A stretch of DNA of 64,000 bases from assembly GCA_051531975.1 (NCBI GenBank), contig JAOPTT010000008.1, positions 1-64,000 of the forward strand, in the 5' to 3' direction. The DNA is from Spirochaetaceae bacterium. Lineage in GTDB: Bacteria; Spirochaetota; Spirochaetia; DSM-2461. The position numbers and the translations under genes are program-made. Position 1 is the stretch's first letter. Each line of letters opens with the position of its first letter. Below the pieces are notes generated by a model that worked only from the letters and a program-made list of their open reading frames with translations, did not search any database and had not been told where the DNA came from. Positions 1-11,900 of the stretch are shown here, in pieces.

Positions 1-902
1 GTGCATTTGGTGCATTTGCTGCTGGAGTTGGAACTACGGACCTTCAGGTTGGAATATTAAAGGGTATTTGTACTTTTAAGACTCCTGATTCAATTAAAAT
101 AAATATTACTGGAAAAAAGAAAACTGGTGTTTTTGCAAAAGATATAATCCTATCAATAATTAAAATGTTAACTGTAAATGGTGCTACAAATAAAGTTATT
201 GAATTTACAGGTAGTGCTATAACAGAGATGTCTATGGAAGAGAGAATGACTGTATGTAACATGGCTATTGAAGCTGGTGGAACATGTGGTATCTGCTATC
301 CTGATATGACTACTGTTGATTATTTGTGGGAGTTTATTAAAGATGACTACAAAACTAAAGAAGAAGCTTTAGCTGATTATAGTAAATGGATTTCTGATGC
401 TGATGCAAAATATGCAGAAGTAATTGATTTTGATGTAAATAACGTTGAACCCGTTGCAACTGTGGGTTTTAAACCAGACCAGGTGGAAACAATAAAAAGT
501 TTAGAAGGAACTAGAGTAGATCAAGTTTATATTGGTAGTTGTACTAATGGTAGAATTGAAGACTTAAGACAAGCTGCTGCAATTATAAAAGGTAAAAAAG
601 TTAATAAATATGTTAGAGCAATTGTTTCTCCAGCAAGCCCAAAAACTTATAGGATGGCATTAAAAGAAGGTTTATTAGAGATTTTTGATACTGCTGGTTT
701 CTGTGTTACAAACCCAACATGTGGTGCATGTTTAGGTATGAGTAATGGAGTTTTGGCAAAAGGTGAAGTTTGTGCAGCAACTACAAACAGAAACTTTTCT
801 GGTAGAATGGGTAAAGGTGGAATGGTTCATTTAATGAGTCCAGCTTCAGCTGCTGCTGCTGCTATAACAGGTGTTATTACTTTATCAACGGAGGTTAAAT
901 AA
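1..902 (+). CDS. leuC: 3-isopropylmalate dehydratase large subunit (5' end outside window)
   Basis: Frame open from position 3 (AFGAFAAGVGTTD); aconitase-family motifs IGSCTNGR, CGACLG and NRNFSGRMG; TAATG overlap with the next gene. Confidence 0.92.
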   Translation, partial: AFGAFAAGVGTTDLQVGILKGICTFKTPDSIKINITGKKKTGVFAKDIILSIIKMLTVNGATNKVIEFTGSAITEMSMEERMTVCNMAIEAGGTCGICYPDMTTVDYLWEFIKDDYKTKEEALADYSKWISDADAKYAEVIDFDVNNVEPVATVGFKPDQVETIKSLEGTRVDQVYIGSCTNGRIEDLRQAAAIIKGKKVNKYVRAIVSPASPKTYRMALKEGLLEIFDTAGFCVTNPTCGACLGMSNGVLAKGEVCAATTNRNFSGRMGKGGMVHLMSPASAAAAAITGVITLSTEVK

Positions 903-1426
903 TGAAAAAATTTGAAGGTAAAGTTCTATTTTTAGATAGATCTGATATTAATACAGATGAAATTATTCCTGCAAGATACTTAACTGAAGTAACAAAAGAG
1001 GCTTTAAAACCATTTTTACTTGAAGATTTAGAGATGGAAGGGTTTAATGTTACTAAAGATATAGAGCCTAATAGTATTGTTGTTACAAGGGATAACTTTG
1101 GTTGTGGTTCATCGAGAGAACATGCACCATGGGCTTTAGAAATGAACGATATGAATGTTGTAATTGCAGAAGGATATGCCCGGATATTTAGACAAAACAT
1201 GTTTAACTGTGGTATGTTAGCAATTACTTTAGATAAGAAACAAATTGATCATATATTTTCTAACTATTCTGGTAAAATAACCAATATTTCTATTGATATA
1301 GAAAAAGATACAATATTACTTGAAGCCGATTCTAAGAAGGAAGAGATTATTTTTGAAATTTCAGAATTTGATAAAGATTTGGTAAAAGCTGGTGGTTGGC
1401 TAAACTTTGCCGATAAGAAATACTAA
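902..1426 (+). CDS. leuD: 3-isopropylmalate dehydratase small subunit
   Basis: DINTDEIIPARYL and NFGCGSSREHAPWAL motifs; coupled to leuC. Confidence 0.93.
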   Translation: MKKFEGKVLFLDRSDINTDEIIPARYLTEVTKEALKPFLLEDLEMEGFNVTKDIEPNSIVVTRDNFGCGSSREHAPWALEMNDMNVVIAEGYARIFRQNMFNCGMLAITLDKKQIDHIFSNYSGKITNISIDIEKDTILLEADSKKEEIIFEISEFDKDLVKAGGWLNFADKKY

Positions 1427-1488
1427 AAAAGTGTAATTTCATTGGTTTTATTTCATATATTATATTAAACTCAATATGAGGTGAATGA

Positions 1489-3486
1489 ATGATACTAATT
1501 ATACTAATTATACTAATATTAATAATAGTAGTGGTATTGGAAACAATACTACTACTTAAAAATAACAAAAAATGTGCAGAACTATTTATTCAAGTTGAAA
1601 AATTTGAAAGAGGGGAAATAAAAAAAGAGTACGCTCTACCTGAAGATATTCCTAAAAAAGAATATCTTCTTAGATTTAAAAAAAGTTTACACAAGATCGC
1701 TCTATTTTTTGAATCAATTAACAACGTAAGTATTAAAACTGAAAAATCTAGTAGCCGTTTAAGTACTCAGATACAAAAGATTTTAAGTAATTCATCAAGA
1801 ATCAGTGTAAATACTGAGAGAAACTCTAACGAAACAGTCCAACTTACAGATTTTATTACTGAAGGTTCTGCAGCTATAGAGCAAATACAAGCGTCTATCT
1901 CTAGTCTAAATGAACATATGACAATACAAAACGGCAAAGTAAGTGCAAACTATAATTCTGTTACAATTATGGCCGAATCAATTGATACTATTTCATCTAT
2001 TGCAACGGAACGGATCCAAGATACTAAAACTCTAGTGGACTTAACAGCCCACGGCTCAACTAAAATGAACCAGACTAATGAATGTATGAAAACTGTAAAA
2101 GAGAGTGTTGCTGGTGTTTTATCATTAAATACAATTATTAATAGTATAGCTGCTCAAACAAATTTATTAAGTATGAATGCTGCTATAGAGGCTGCCCATG
2201 CTGGTGAAGCTGGAAAAGGATTTGCTGTTGTTGCGGAAGAGATTAGAAAATTAGCAACTTTAACAGCTAATAATGCAAAAAATATTGCTATTACTCTTAA
2301 AGAGTTAAACAGTAATATAAATTTAGCTTCTGACTTAAGTAATTCTAGTGGTTCAACATTTAAAGAGATAGAATCTGGTGTTGATAAAGTAGCTAGTGCA
2401 TTTAGTGATATTACAGATAGAACCGGTCACTTATTAGGTAATGCTAAAGATGTTACTAGTAACATATCTGAATTAGTTCAAATATCAGAACAGACAAAAA
2501 GTTCAATTTCTGAAATGCAAATTGGTGCAAGAGATGTTACTGAAACTTTTGAAAATACAAAAAATCTTGCTAATACATTAAAGGATAGTATGGAAGACTT
2601 ATTTTCTGAATCAAAAGATATAAATATTATTTCTACGCATCTATGTAAATCATATTTTGATATTAATTCTGTTTTATTAGAACTGGTTCATAGTGTTTCT
2701 GATCTATCCCACGATTCGGATACTGAGAGCAATTTAGAAGATAGAATGTTACATAAAAATTTAATTCTAGCCCATATAAACTGGGTAGCTAAATCTAGGG
2801 CAATTATTGATGGAACAATGTCAGCTGAAGAAGCTAATTTAACATCATCCCACGATTGTCAATTAGGGAAATGGCTTGATACTGACGGATCTAAAAATAT
2901 GGCTTCTGGTACATTTAAAATATTAAACGATAAACATGATGAATTACATAATTCTGTTAAACTGATTGTAACAGAACTTAGTAAAGGAAATAGAGATAAA
3001 GCTAAGGAGATACACACCGTTCTTGAAGCACTATCTGAAGATATTGTTGGAATATTATCTACATTAGGTAATAGTAAGCTTGTAACCTTCTCCCCTGAAT
3101 TATCAGTTGGAGTTAAAACATTTGATGACCACCATATCGTTTTGTTTGATATAATTAATAAATTGGCAGACGCAATGAGTTCCGGTGAATCAAATAATAT
3201 TATTATAGAAATATTAAAAGAATTAATTGATTATACTGATTGGCATTTCCATGCAGAAGAAGTTACTTTTGATAGATATAATTATCCTGATAAAGTTGCT
3301 CATAAAAATGTTCATACAGCTATGTTAAAAACTGCTAATGGACTTCTAAATGATGCACAAAGTGGTAAAAAGGTACTATCTAATGAAGTATTAGACTTTT
3401 TACAAGATTGGATTTTTGATCATATAATGGGTATCGACAAAAAATATGAAAGTTTCCTAAGAGATAAAGAAATTATCATCGATTAA
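1489..3486 (+). CDS. Methyl-accepting chemotaxis protein with CZB and C-terminal bacteriohemerythrin domains
   Basis: One N-terminal TM; MCP tip [55 protein letters not shown]; hemerythrin DDHH..HFHAEE..HKNVH..HIMGID. Confidence 0.9.
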   Translation: MILIILIILILIIVVVLETILLLKNNKKCAELFIQVEKFERGEIKKEYALPEDIPKKEYLLRFKKSLHKIALFFESINNVSIKTEKSSSRLSTQIQKILSNSSRISVNTERNSNETVQLTDFITEGSAAIEQIQASISSLNEHMTIQNGKVSANYNSVTIMAESIDTISSIATERIQDTKTLVDLTAHGSTKMNQTNECMKTVKESVAGVLSLNTIINSIAAQTNLLSMNAAIEAAHAGEAGKGFAVVAEEIRKLATLTANNAKNIAITLKELNSNINLASDLSNSSGSTFKEIESGVDKVASAFSDITDRTGHLLGNAKDVTSNISELVQISEQTKSSISEMQIGARDVTETFENTKNLANTLKDSMEDLFSESKDINIISTHLCKSYFDINSVLLELVHSVSDLSHDSDTESNLEDRMLHKNLILAHINWVAKSRAIIDGTMSAEEANLTSSHDCQLGKWLDTDGSKNMASGTFKILNDKHDELHNSVKLIVTELSKGNRDKAKEIHTVLEALSEDIVGILSTLGNSKLVTFSPELSVGVKTFDDHHIVLFDIINKLADAMSSGESNNIIIEILKELIDYTDWHFHAEEVTFDRYNYPDKVAHKNVHTAMLKTANGLLNDAQSGKKVLSNEVLDFLQDWIFDHIMGIDKKYESFLRDKEIIID

Positions 3487-3490
3487 AACT

Positions 3491-3514
3491 AAGGGAAGCA
3501 GTGCTTCCCTTTTT
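3491..3514 (+). terminator. Intrinsic terminator between convergent genes
   Basis: AAGGGAAGC-AGT-GCTTCCCTT followed by a T tract. Confidence 0.75.
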
Positions 3515-3518
3515 AAAT

Positions 3519-4025
3519 TTATGCTGATTTTTTATTCGGTCTAAAAGATTTTGATCTTTTAACTTTATTTCTAACCTTAAGATTTGTAATTAATGTTGTA
3601 CCATGACCCATAGGACAAATGGCACACCAGGATTTTGGTTTATAATAAATCCCCATTACGATTCCAAATACAAATGAAATACCCATTAACCTAAAGACTG
3701 AAAAAGCGATTTTTTTAGGATCTGCTCCAGCATGAATAATTGATAAAGTTAACATTGTAATCATTAATATTATTATAATGTTCTTAACTTTTTTTGATAA
3801 AAGAAATTTAGGCATTGAGTTTCTTAGAGAAACTTTTGAGACTATTTTTGATAAAAATGAACCTCTAGGACAATGACTTTTGCAATGTATTTTTCCTCTA
3901 CCTCGAGCAGCTTGATAAATAGGTAAACCCATACAAATAAATCCTAAAAGACCAAACCAAACATTTATAATGGATAGTACAAAAAAAGCCACTATAATAA
4001 CCCAACGAATATTTTTAAAACTCAC
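3519..4025 (-). CDS. Membrane 4Fe-4S binding protein (Fer4_5 type)
   Basis: CKSHCPRG and WCAICPMG motifs, TM helices; start moved to GTG 4025 behind a GAGGTG RBS (ORF track start 4178 overlaps the next gene). Confidence 0.75.
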   Translation of the reverse strand: MSFKNIRWVIIVAFFVLSIINVWFGLLGFICMGLPIYQAARGRGKIHCKSHCPRGSFLSKIVSKVSLRNSMPKFLLSKKVKNIIIILMITMLTLSIIHAGADPKKIAFSVFRLMGISFVFGIVMGIYYKPKSWCAICPMGHGTTLITNLKVRNKVKRSKSFRPNKKSA

Positions 4026-4130
4026 AAACACCTCAATATATAATTTTTCATATATATTAGATATTATGTTTATTGTTGTCAATAGCTCTTTTTTGTTGTC
4101 ATTGAAGTTAAGATTGTTTATAATGAGTTT

Positions 4131-4910
4131 ATGAATGATAACCAACTTGGAAAAAAAGTTTTCTTTCTGTATCCACATAGCGTAATACAGTCTGATTTAC
4201 TGCATGATTTTATTAGTAATGAGTATGAAGTTTATATTTTAAAAGACCACATGAAAGTAAAACTTTTGTTAAAAAAATATAAAGATTCAATAGTATTTAT
4301 AAATATAGATGAATATCTAGGTGAAAAAGAGTGGTTTGATTATACTAAATCAATAGTTTCAAATCCCCAATATAATGGTGTGCAAGTTGGAATATTAAGT
4401 TATAATGAAAATGAAGAATTAGCCAGACATTATTTAATGGATTTATCTGTTACTTGTGGTTTTATTCAACTTAAACTAGGAAAGTTTGATAGTAAGGATA
4501 TTATTCTTAAAACTCTTAATGCAAATGAGAGTAAGGGGAAAAGAAAGTATATTCGAGCTACCTCAAATAATGTAAAAAAATCAACATTTAATGTGAAAAT
4601 TGGTAATGAATTACTTACAGGAATTATTAATGATATTAGTTGTGTTGGAATGTCTTGTATATTTGATTCACATGTTGAATTAGCAAAAAATGCACTTCTT
4701 AGAAAAATGCAACTTAAGTTAAATGGAAAGCTTATTTTAGTTGATTCAATTGTTTTTGGTTCTAGACAGTTACCTAATGATGTATTACTAATGGTTATTA
4801 TGTTTACAAATAATATTACAGAAGATAGTAAAAGTAAAATTCATCAATATATTGGAGAAATTATACAGGAAAATATTGAGAAAGAGATATCAGAATTATA
4901 TGGATCTTAA
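4131..4910 (+). CDS. PilZ-domain c-di-GMP receptor
   Basis: RKYIR (RxxxR) and DISCVG (DxSxxG) motifs in the C-terminal half. Confidence 0.75.
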   Translation: MNDNQLGKKVFFLYPHSVIQSDLLHDFISNEYEVYILKDHMKVKLLLKKYKDSIVFINIDEYLGEKEWFDYTKSIVSNPQYNGVQVGILSYNENEELARHYLMDLSVTCGFIQLKLGKFDSKDIILKTLNANESKGKRKYIRATSNNVKKSTFNVKIGNELLTGIINDISCVGMSCIFDSHVELAKNALLRKMQLKLNGKLILVDSIVFGSRQLPNDVLLMVIMFTNNITEDSKSKIHQYIGEIIQENIEKEISELYGS

Positions 4911-5920
4911 ACTATAGTACTTTCACGCTTAATTAACTGGGTATCAAACTGAATATGTCTCTTGGCAATGTTCTCACCTGATATGGCTTTAACTGCTAGA
5001 TTATAGGCCGTTTCACCTAATCCATAAAGATCTTGTCTAACCGTGGACAGTGATGGTGATACTAATTCTGCTACATCTATATCATCAAAACCAATTACTG
5101 CACAATCTTCTGGAATTGATTTACCTAACTTTTTAAGTTCATCAATTAACCCTAGTGCAACTTTATCCCCTGCTGCACAAAATATCGCATCAACATCTAT
5201 ATTTTCATTAACAATCTTTTGGGCTACTTCTCTTCCAACTTCCATTCTAAAGAGTTTTAAGCTAAAGATGAGTTCTTTATCAACCTGAGTCCCATGTTCT
5301 TTGTGTGACTCTTCAAAGCCCATCATACGTTCAACTTGGCTTAGTCCCGGTATATCTTTATCATTTAGTTCTTCAACAATTATACCTATTTTTTTCTTTC
5401 CAATGCTAAAAAGATAATCTATAGCTTCTTTTGTCCCAGCTATATTATTAGATTTAACAGATATTAATTCATCATGATAATTTTCAACTAATATTAATGG
5501 AATTTTATTCTCTATATATGAACTAATAATTTTCTGGGATGGAGAATCACTTAATAAAATAACAGCATCGGCCCTTCGACCATATAAAATTTCATTTAAG
5601 GTTTCATCAATTCTATCAGAACTGGAAAATAGGTTTAAATTATATGTTTTTTCACATTTTCCTATGGCATTTTCTATACCACGTAAAACACTAAGCTCAA
5701 AATAAGTAGAAAAGAAACTAGTTACTACAGCAATTACATCTGTTTTACCTTTTACTAAACTTCTAGCATTATAGTTTGGATGATAATTTAATTCCTCTAT
5801 TGCTTTTTTAACCTTGTCCTTGGTCTTTTGAGTTATTCTAGAGTCATTATGTATTACCCAAGAGACAGTTGTATGGGATACACCTGCCCTTTTAGCTACA
5901 TCATTTATTGTAATTGCCAT
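4907..5920 (-). CDS. LacI-family transcriptional regulator
   Basis: TINDVAKRAGVSHTTVS HTH, YHPNYNARSL hinge, VIGFDD..PSLSTVRQ. Confidence 0.95.
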   Translation of the reverse strand: MAITINDVAKRAGVSHTTVSWVIHNDSRITQKTKDKVKKAIEELNYHPNYNARSLVKGKTDVIAVVTSFFSTYFELSVLRGIENAIGKCEKTYNLNLFSSSDRIDETLNEILYGRRADAVILLSDSPSQKIISSYIENKIPLILVENYHDELISVKSNNIAGTKEAIDYLFSIGKKKIGIIVEELNDKDIPGLSQVERMMGFEESHKEHGTQVDKELIFSLKLFRMEVGREVAQKIVNENIDVDAIFCAAGDKVALGLIDELKKLGKSIPEDCAVIGFDDIDVAELVSPSLSTVRQDLYGLGETAYNLAVKAISGENIAKRHIQFDTQLIKRESTIV

Positions 5921-5938
5921 TTAATTTCCTTTTGTCTT

Positions 5939-8900
5939 TTAAAACAGAGTAAATCTAGATCCTATACCAATTCTTGGATAAAAACCACCAGAATTTTCAG
6001 ATGATATTAGGGTTGCTTCAACTTCTATGTAAATTGAAGATGAACTAATATATGGATTATCAAACTTCATTTTAAAAACTTCAACCTGACCTATTATAGA
6101 TGAAAACCACATTGTTGTATCCTCACCACTAATAGAAAGTGTTTTATTAGTAAAACATGCACCAATACCTAAAGACATAGAGTATGGATCAAAGTCTGGA
6201 CCTAATAAGCCACCTAATTCTAATGTATAGATATTTGCAAGAAGCTCACCACCATAATATAATCCAGTAATTCTAGCATCTTCATCGTCTTCTTCATCTA
6301 CTCGAGTTTCACCTAGAGTGAATTGAAGTTTAACATTATCATCAAAAAATGTAAGTCCCAAACCAACACCATATAATTTCCCAAAACCAGTTTCAACATC
6401 TATAAACATACCTTGAAAAAGACTAGGAATTTCATATTTTGATTTATTACCATCTCTTAAAATGACAGATATGTCAGTTAGACCATTAGCATCAGAAGCA
6501 ATACCGCTAATTTTAATACTCTCATTAAATTTACCCTGATCTAAATCTTCTAAAACTGAGATCTCTGGTTTGCTTCTATCTATATTAACTACTATTTTAC
6601 TAGTTTTTGTTTCACCATTGGAATATGTGCATCTAACTAGAACTGGAGTTAATCCATCGTCATACTGCCAAGTTTCTATTCTAAAACTCCACTCGGCTGC
6701 ACCATCTGCAGGCAAAAAGATCTGACCATTATCTAAACTAATCTCTACTAATTGTGGACTTATATTTTCTGGAAGTAGATCTTCAGGTAAAATATTCTCA
6801 TTTTCAGGTTGAATATATCCAGCATCCCCGGATAAATATGGTCTGTCAGATATATTTTTTCCTGTATACATATTAATTATATTAACCCATGGTCCACTAT
6901 TTTGAATATGAAATTCATATTCAGGAGTTTCATAAATTGTTCCGTCTTCAACAGTTCCTTTAATATAAATATTATGCTGCCCTTCTTCTAAATTCAAAGT
7001 ATCAATCTTTAAATTAAAATACATAAACTCGTCGACTTTAATTTCACTAAAAAGTTCATTATCTAGATATAGTTCAACAAAGTCTAAGTTTTTTCTACCT
7101 GAAACTTTACCGGAAACATTAAACATCGAAGTATGAGTTGAACCAGATTGTGGAAATAAAAGTTCAATATCTCCAGCCTTATCACTTTCAGTTACAGAAA
7201 AATTCCTAGTTGATATAGATCTATTATCCGCCTGATCATATGCAATTAACTCAATATTATAATCTCCCGAATCAAAACCTATTAGTGGGATTTTTATATT
7301 AAATATTCCAGTTGTATCTAACTTACCCTCTGAGACAACAATACTATCTTTTACCTTTAATGAATGTGAATATATTTTATACATAACATCTTTTAACATA
7401 ACATTATCCATACTTCGACCGCTAAAGGTAATTTCATCAGATAATATTTCGCCATCTTTTGGTTCATTTATTATTATTTCAGGTGGTGTATTATCAACAT
7501 TTATTAAAGTAGAATAAAATCCTACTGTTTCAAGATTATCAATTGCTTTAACAAATACCGAATATGTTCCATCTTTAATATTATTTGTATTAAAAGTATA
7601 GTTCCACTCATCCTGTCCTAGTGCTTTTTGGTATGAAACACCATTGTCAGTTGATATGTATACTGAATCAATTCCATTTTCATCAAAACTGGTTCCAACT
7701 AGTTTAATAGAACCTCTTTTAGTTTCATCAATATAAGGAAGTAGTAGTGTACTTGTAGGTTCTTTCTTAGATATCCAGAAGGATGAGTTTTTAATATCAC
7801 TTTCTACACCTAATATGTCCACAGCTTTAATAGTAATAATATGCTCGTTATTATCTACACTATCTAGCGGGATATTAATTGAAAAATTATTTTCATTTTG
7901 AGCAACAGGAACTAGCTCTCCACCATCTAATGCATAATAGATAGAATCGACTCCATCATCATCAAATGCCATACCTGATATAACAAAATCATTTCGTATA
8001 ACTTCGCCATCAATAGGAGTTTGTATCTGAACTGTTGGTTTATCTTTTTCTCTATTAATATTTAAAACAGGAAAAATATCGGTGTAATTACCAGACTTAT
8101 CTGTAGATCTAATTACAAAAGTCTCTGGGAATACCTCATCTATTCCAAAATCTAAATCAAATTTAAATATTTTTTTATTACCAACTTTGGTAAATTCAAT
8201 TCCATCTTTAGAATATGTAACTGATTCTAACTCAATATTATCCGAAGTTTTACCTATTAAAGATATAATTCCATTTATTTCATCGATACCAGGAATAAAC
8301 AGGTTTAATTCCGGATTAGTATTATCTTTTACAAATGAATATTTTTGATTTACTTCATTTCCATTAAAATCTGTAGCTTTTATCCAAATAGTATAACCAC
8401 TATCTGGTCTATTAATAAAATCGATCTCTTCATGGAATATAAACTCTTTGGCATCTTCCTTTTTTTCTTTCTTAAAATCAATAGAATTTGTTTTAGTATA
8501 TTTTTCTTTTTTTACTGGAACAATAGGTTCAATTAATTCTAAATCGATCCAAGTAAGACCTCTATTTAAGGAGTAAGAAAGTTTACCAACTTTTAAATCA
8601 TCTTTTATAATACCATCTAAAATAAATTTATCTTTTATGTATGTATTATCAATAACATTAACTGATAATTCTGGGTTTGTATCATCAGAGAGAAATTTCA
8701 GATACGCTGAATTATATACATCACCATCAATTGTAGTAATTACTACTCTAATATTATTAGATATTCCATTTTTTAAAGATTTTATAGTTATAATATTATT
8801 ACTATTAGAAACTTCAATAAAACCGGGAACCGTTCCTTTCTCTGCTTCTAATTTAATACTGTCGATTTTACGACCTTTAAAAAGACCATTTAATATTTGC

Positions 8901-11900
8901 TTACTAGACAGATCTATATAATCATCTTTTATACGATCATCTAATATATAAATGCCATCGTCATCTCTAATATCTGATGTATTAATTTTATCAACTATGT
9001 AAAAAAAACTATTTATATTTATTTCTCTATTATATTTATCTGTGAATTTAATAGATAAACTGTTTTCTCCCCAATTTAGTTCCTTATTTAGAGGAATACT
9101 AAACTGTGAGCCCTCTAATGTTACTTTTTTATATTCTGAATCATTAAAAGAATAGGTAACATTCCCACTGATATCTCCAGTTATAGATCCATTAATAATA
9201 GTATCAATTTCTGATGAAATCATTGCCCCTAATGTATAGTTGGTAGTTTTCCCAGACTCTGTATAACTATCTATCTTTACTACCGGTCTATTTGGATCAT
9301 AGGTATAGGATATTTTCTTAACATTTGACTTAATACCATTTATATCAAGAGCAACTACATTTACAACTTTTTTACCTCTACCAAATGTAGTTAAAGGTAT
9401 ATCAAAAAGCCCATCTGTATCTGTAGAAAAGCTTTTACCACCTTCTACAGCTTCGGTAATAATAATCTCTTTAATTTTATCATCATCTCTAGCAAAACCA
9501 GATAATATTGGTTCAGTAAAAATGATTCCATTAGATAGTGGTAAGTTTATAAATAATTTGGGCTTATCAGATGTTTTACCACTATTATTACTAATCTCTT
9601 CAGAAGTTAAAGTTTCTATATAATTGTTCTCTTTTATTAAGATAGATCTTGTTATTGTAGATTTTTTACCAGATAAGTCAGTAGCTTTAATTTCAATTGA
9701 AATAGACTCTTCCTCTGTTAAAGGTATATCTAAAGTAGTTGAAAAACTTTTTTCTATTCCACTTCCAGTCCAATTTATATTAGTAAAATCACTTTGAGTC
9801 GAAAATCTATATTCTAAACTCTTTAGAAACTCCTCGTTAATAGTTCCTTGAAACTTTATTACACTTGATTGAATTGAACCCTGTTCTGGACTGTTAAGTA
9901 TTAGTTCTGGTGCTGAATTATCTGTATAAAAATTAAATTCTCTTGTCTCAAATGAACCTTTATCTGTTTCAACTTTGAATTTAATAACGTCTACAGAACC
10001 TTCTTCCTTAGCATTTATTGTTATTAGGTCCCCACTATTACTAATATTTACAATGTCACTTTTGGGAGACATTGTAATTTTCTTAATTGGTGGACCTTTA
10101 AAAAATAGATTAAAGGAAGTATCACTTGTTAATAATATATCTCCATCTGTTGGAATAGATACATAGGAGATACCCCACTCTGAGTTTACTTTTGAATAAT
10201 TTTTTACATATAGTTCTGACTTAACTGAATTTTCATTTCCATATTTATCTATAACAACTATTGTAAAATTTAATACACCATAGTGAAATGAACTATCTAT
10301 TGGAAGACTAAAAGTAGCAGTTGTTGAATTTAGCTTTGTAAATGGTATATCTATAAATTCAGAATTCTCAATTTTGTATTTTAGAGTTGTTATTGGATTT
10401 CCTGCTGCAATACTTCCTAATAACTCATAGTTACCATCGGTGGAAACAGTGTAACCAGGGTAAAAGACATTCTCATTCTCATTCTCAGAATATTTAATTG
10501 AGTTTAAAGATAATATTGGATCATAACTATCAATTTCAAATTCAATAGTTTGTTTATCACCAATTACTCCATCACTGTCTTTTGCTGAGATATTTAGTAT
10601 ATGTTTACCAGAACTTAGACCGTCAATAGTTTTCGAGAATGAATTAAAAGTTCTTATAAAGGTACTCTCTTCTTTATCTATAGTAACTATTAAGCCATCA
10701 ATTTTATCATCGTCTAATATTGAACCCTCAATTAATAGGGATTCTTTTAAAACTTCTAAGTTAATAGGAGATAATAGTGTAAGTATTGGTTTATCTAATT
10801 CGTTATCAATTTTAATACTATAGTCTAACTCTGTAATGTTTCCAGAAGTATCTTCTGATATAAATAGTAGCTTTGCTTCCTTCTTTTTTTCATTAAGAAT
10901 GTTTATATCAAAAGACCAATATGGGTTTCCTTGAGATAGATTGATATCGACGATTTCGTCACCATAAATATATTTAAAAGAGTTCACTCCAATGCGGTCT
11001 GTGATCTTTCCACTTACAGTAACTGTCCCATTTAACATTTCCTCATCTAATGGATCAATTATAAAAATTTCAGGTCCAATGTTGTCAACAAAGAAAAGAA
11101 AAGGAGTAAATGCTACAGAACCAGTTTTATCTTCACTTTTAAACCAATATATATTTGCACCATCAGGTAATTTCCTAGTATCAATGTCCATTTCAAAGGT
11201 ATAAAATTCTTCAATTTTATCTTTAGTTAATTTAACTTTATTATACGTTACTTGGTCATCAATACTGACTTCTAAACCACGAATATCATTAGCATCAAGA
11301 ACTGTTCCTAAAATTGTAACTTTGTTAGTAAATATTGCCCCATTTTTATAGTTATCAATTGAATTTTTAGGCTTTTGTGTATCTTGATTGTATATAACTA
11401 CAGTTTCATGGCCTTCTAGACCATTTATATCGATAGCTTTAGATGTAATAGTATGTTGCCCATCAAATAATATGTCGGATTCAAAGCTATAACTCCAAAA
11501 TTCTTTACCACTTGCCTCAAAATAGTCACCATCATTAAGTTTTAACAATACTTTATCGATAGCATCATCATCCCTTGCGGTTCCAACAATATTTAATACA
11601 CCACCTACTCGCATGAAAGAGGTTGGATTAGTAATAGAAACAATTGGTAGATCGGATTCTGGATCGATGAATATATCAAATGGTCCAGCAAATGTCTCAT
11701 TATTAGCTTTATCTTTTGCTCTAATTAAAAGATTATATTGACCTGGTTCTTTCTCCCCAATAGGAACTTCATATTCCCAGTTTTCTTTTCCAGAAACTTG
11801 TTTATAGTCAGACTCTTCTGTTTGTCCTAAAGAGTATAAATATATTGGTGAAATAATTGCCATTATACATATACAAAAAACCTTTTTCATTAAAAACCTC

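Noticed and set aside
1409..1416. GCCGATAA upstream of the MCP gene as a sigma28 promoter
   Set aside because: Lies in leuD coding sequence and has no -35 match at the right spacing; cannot be supported
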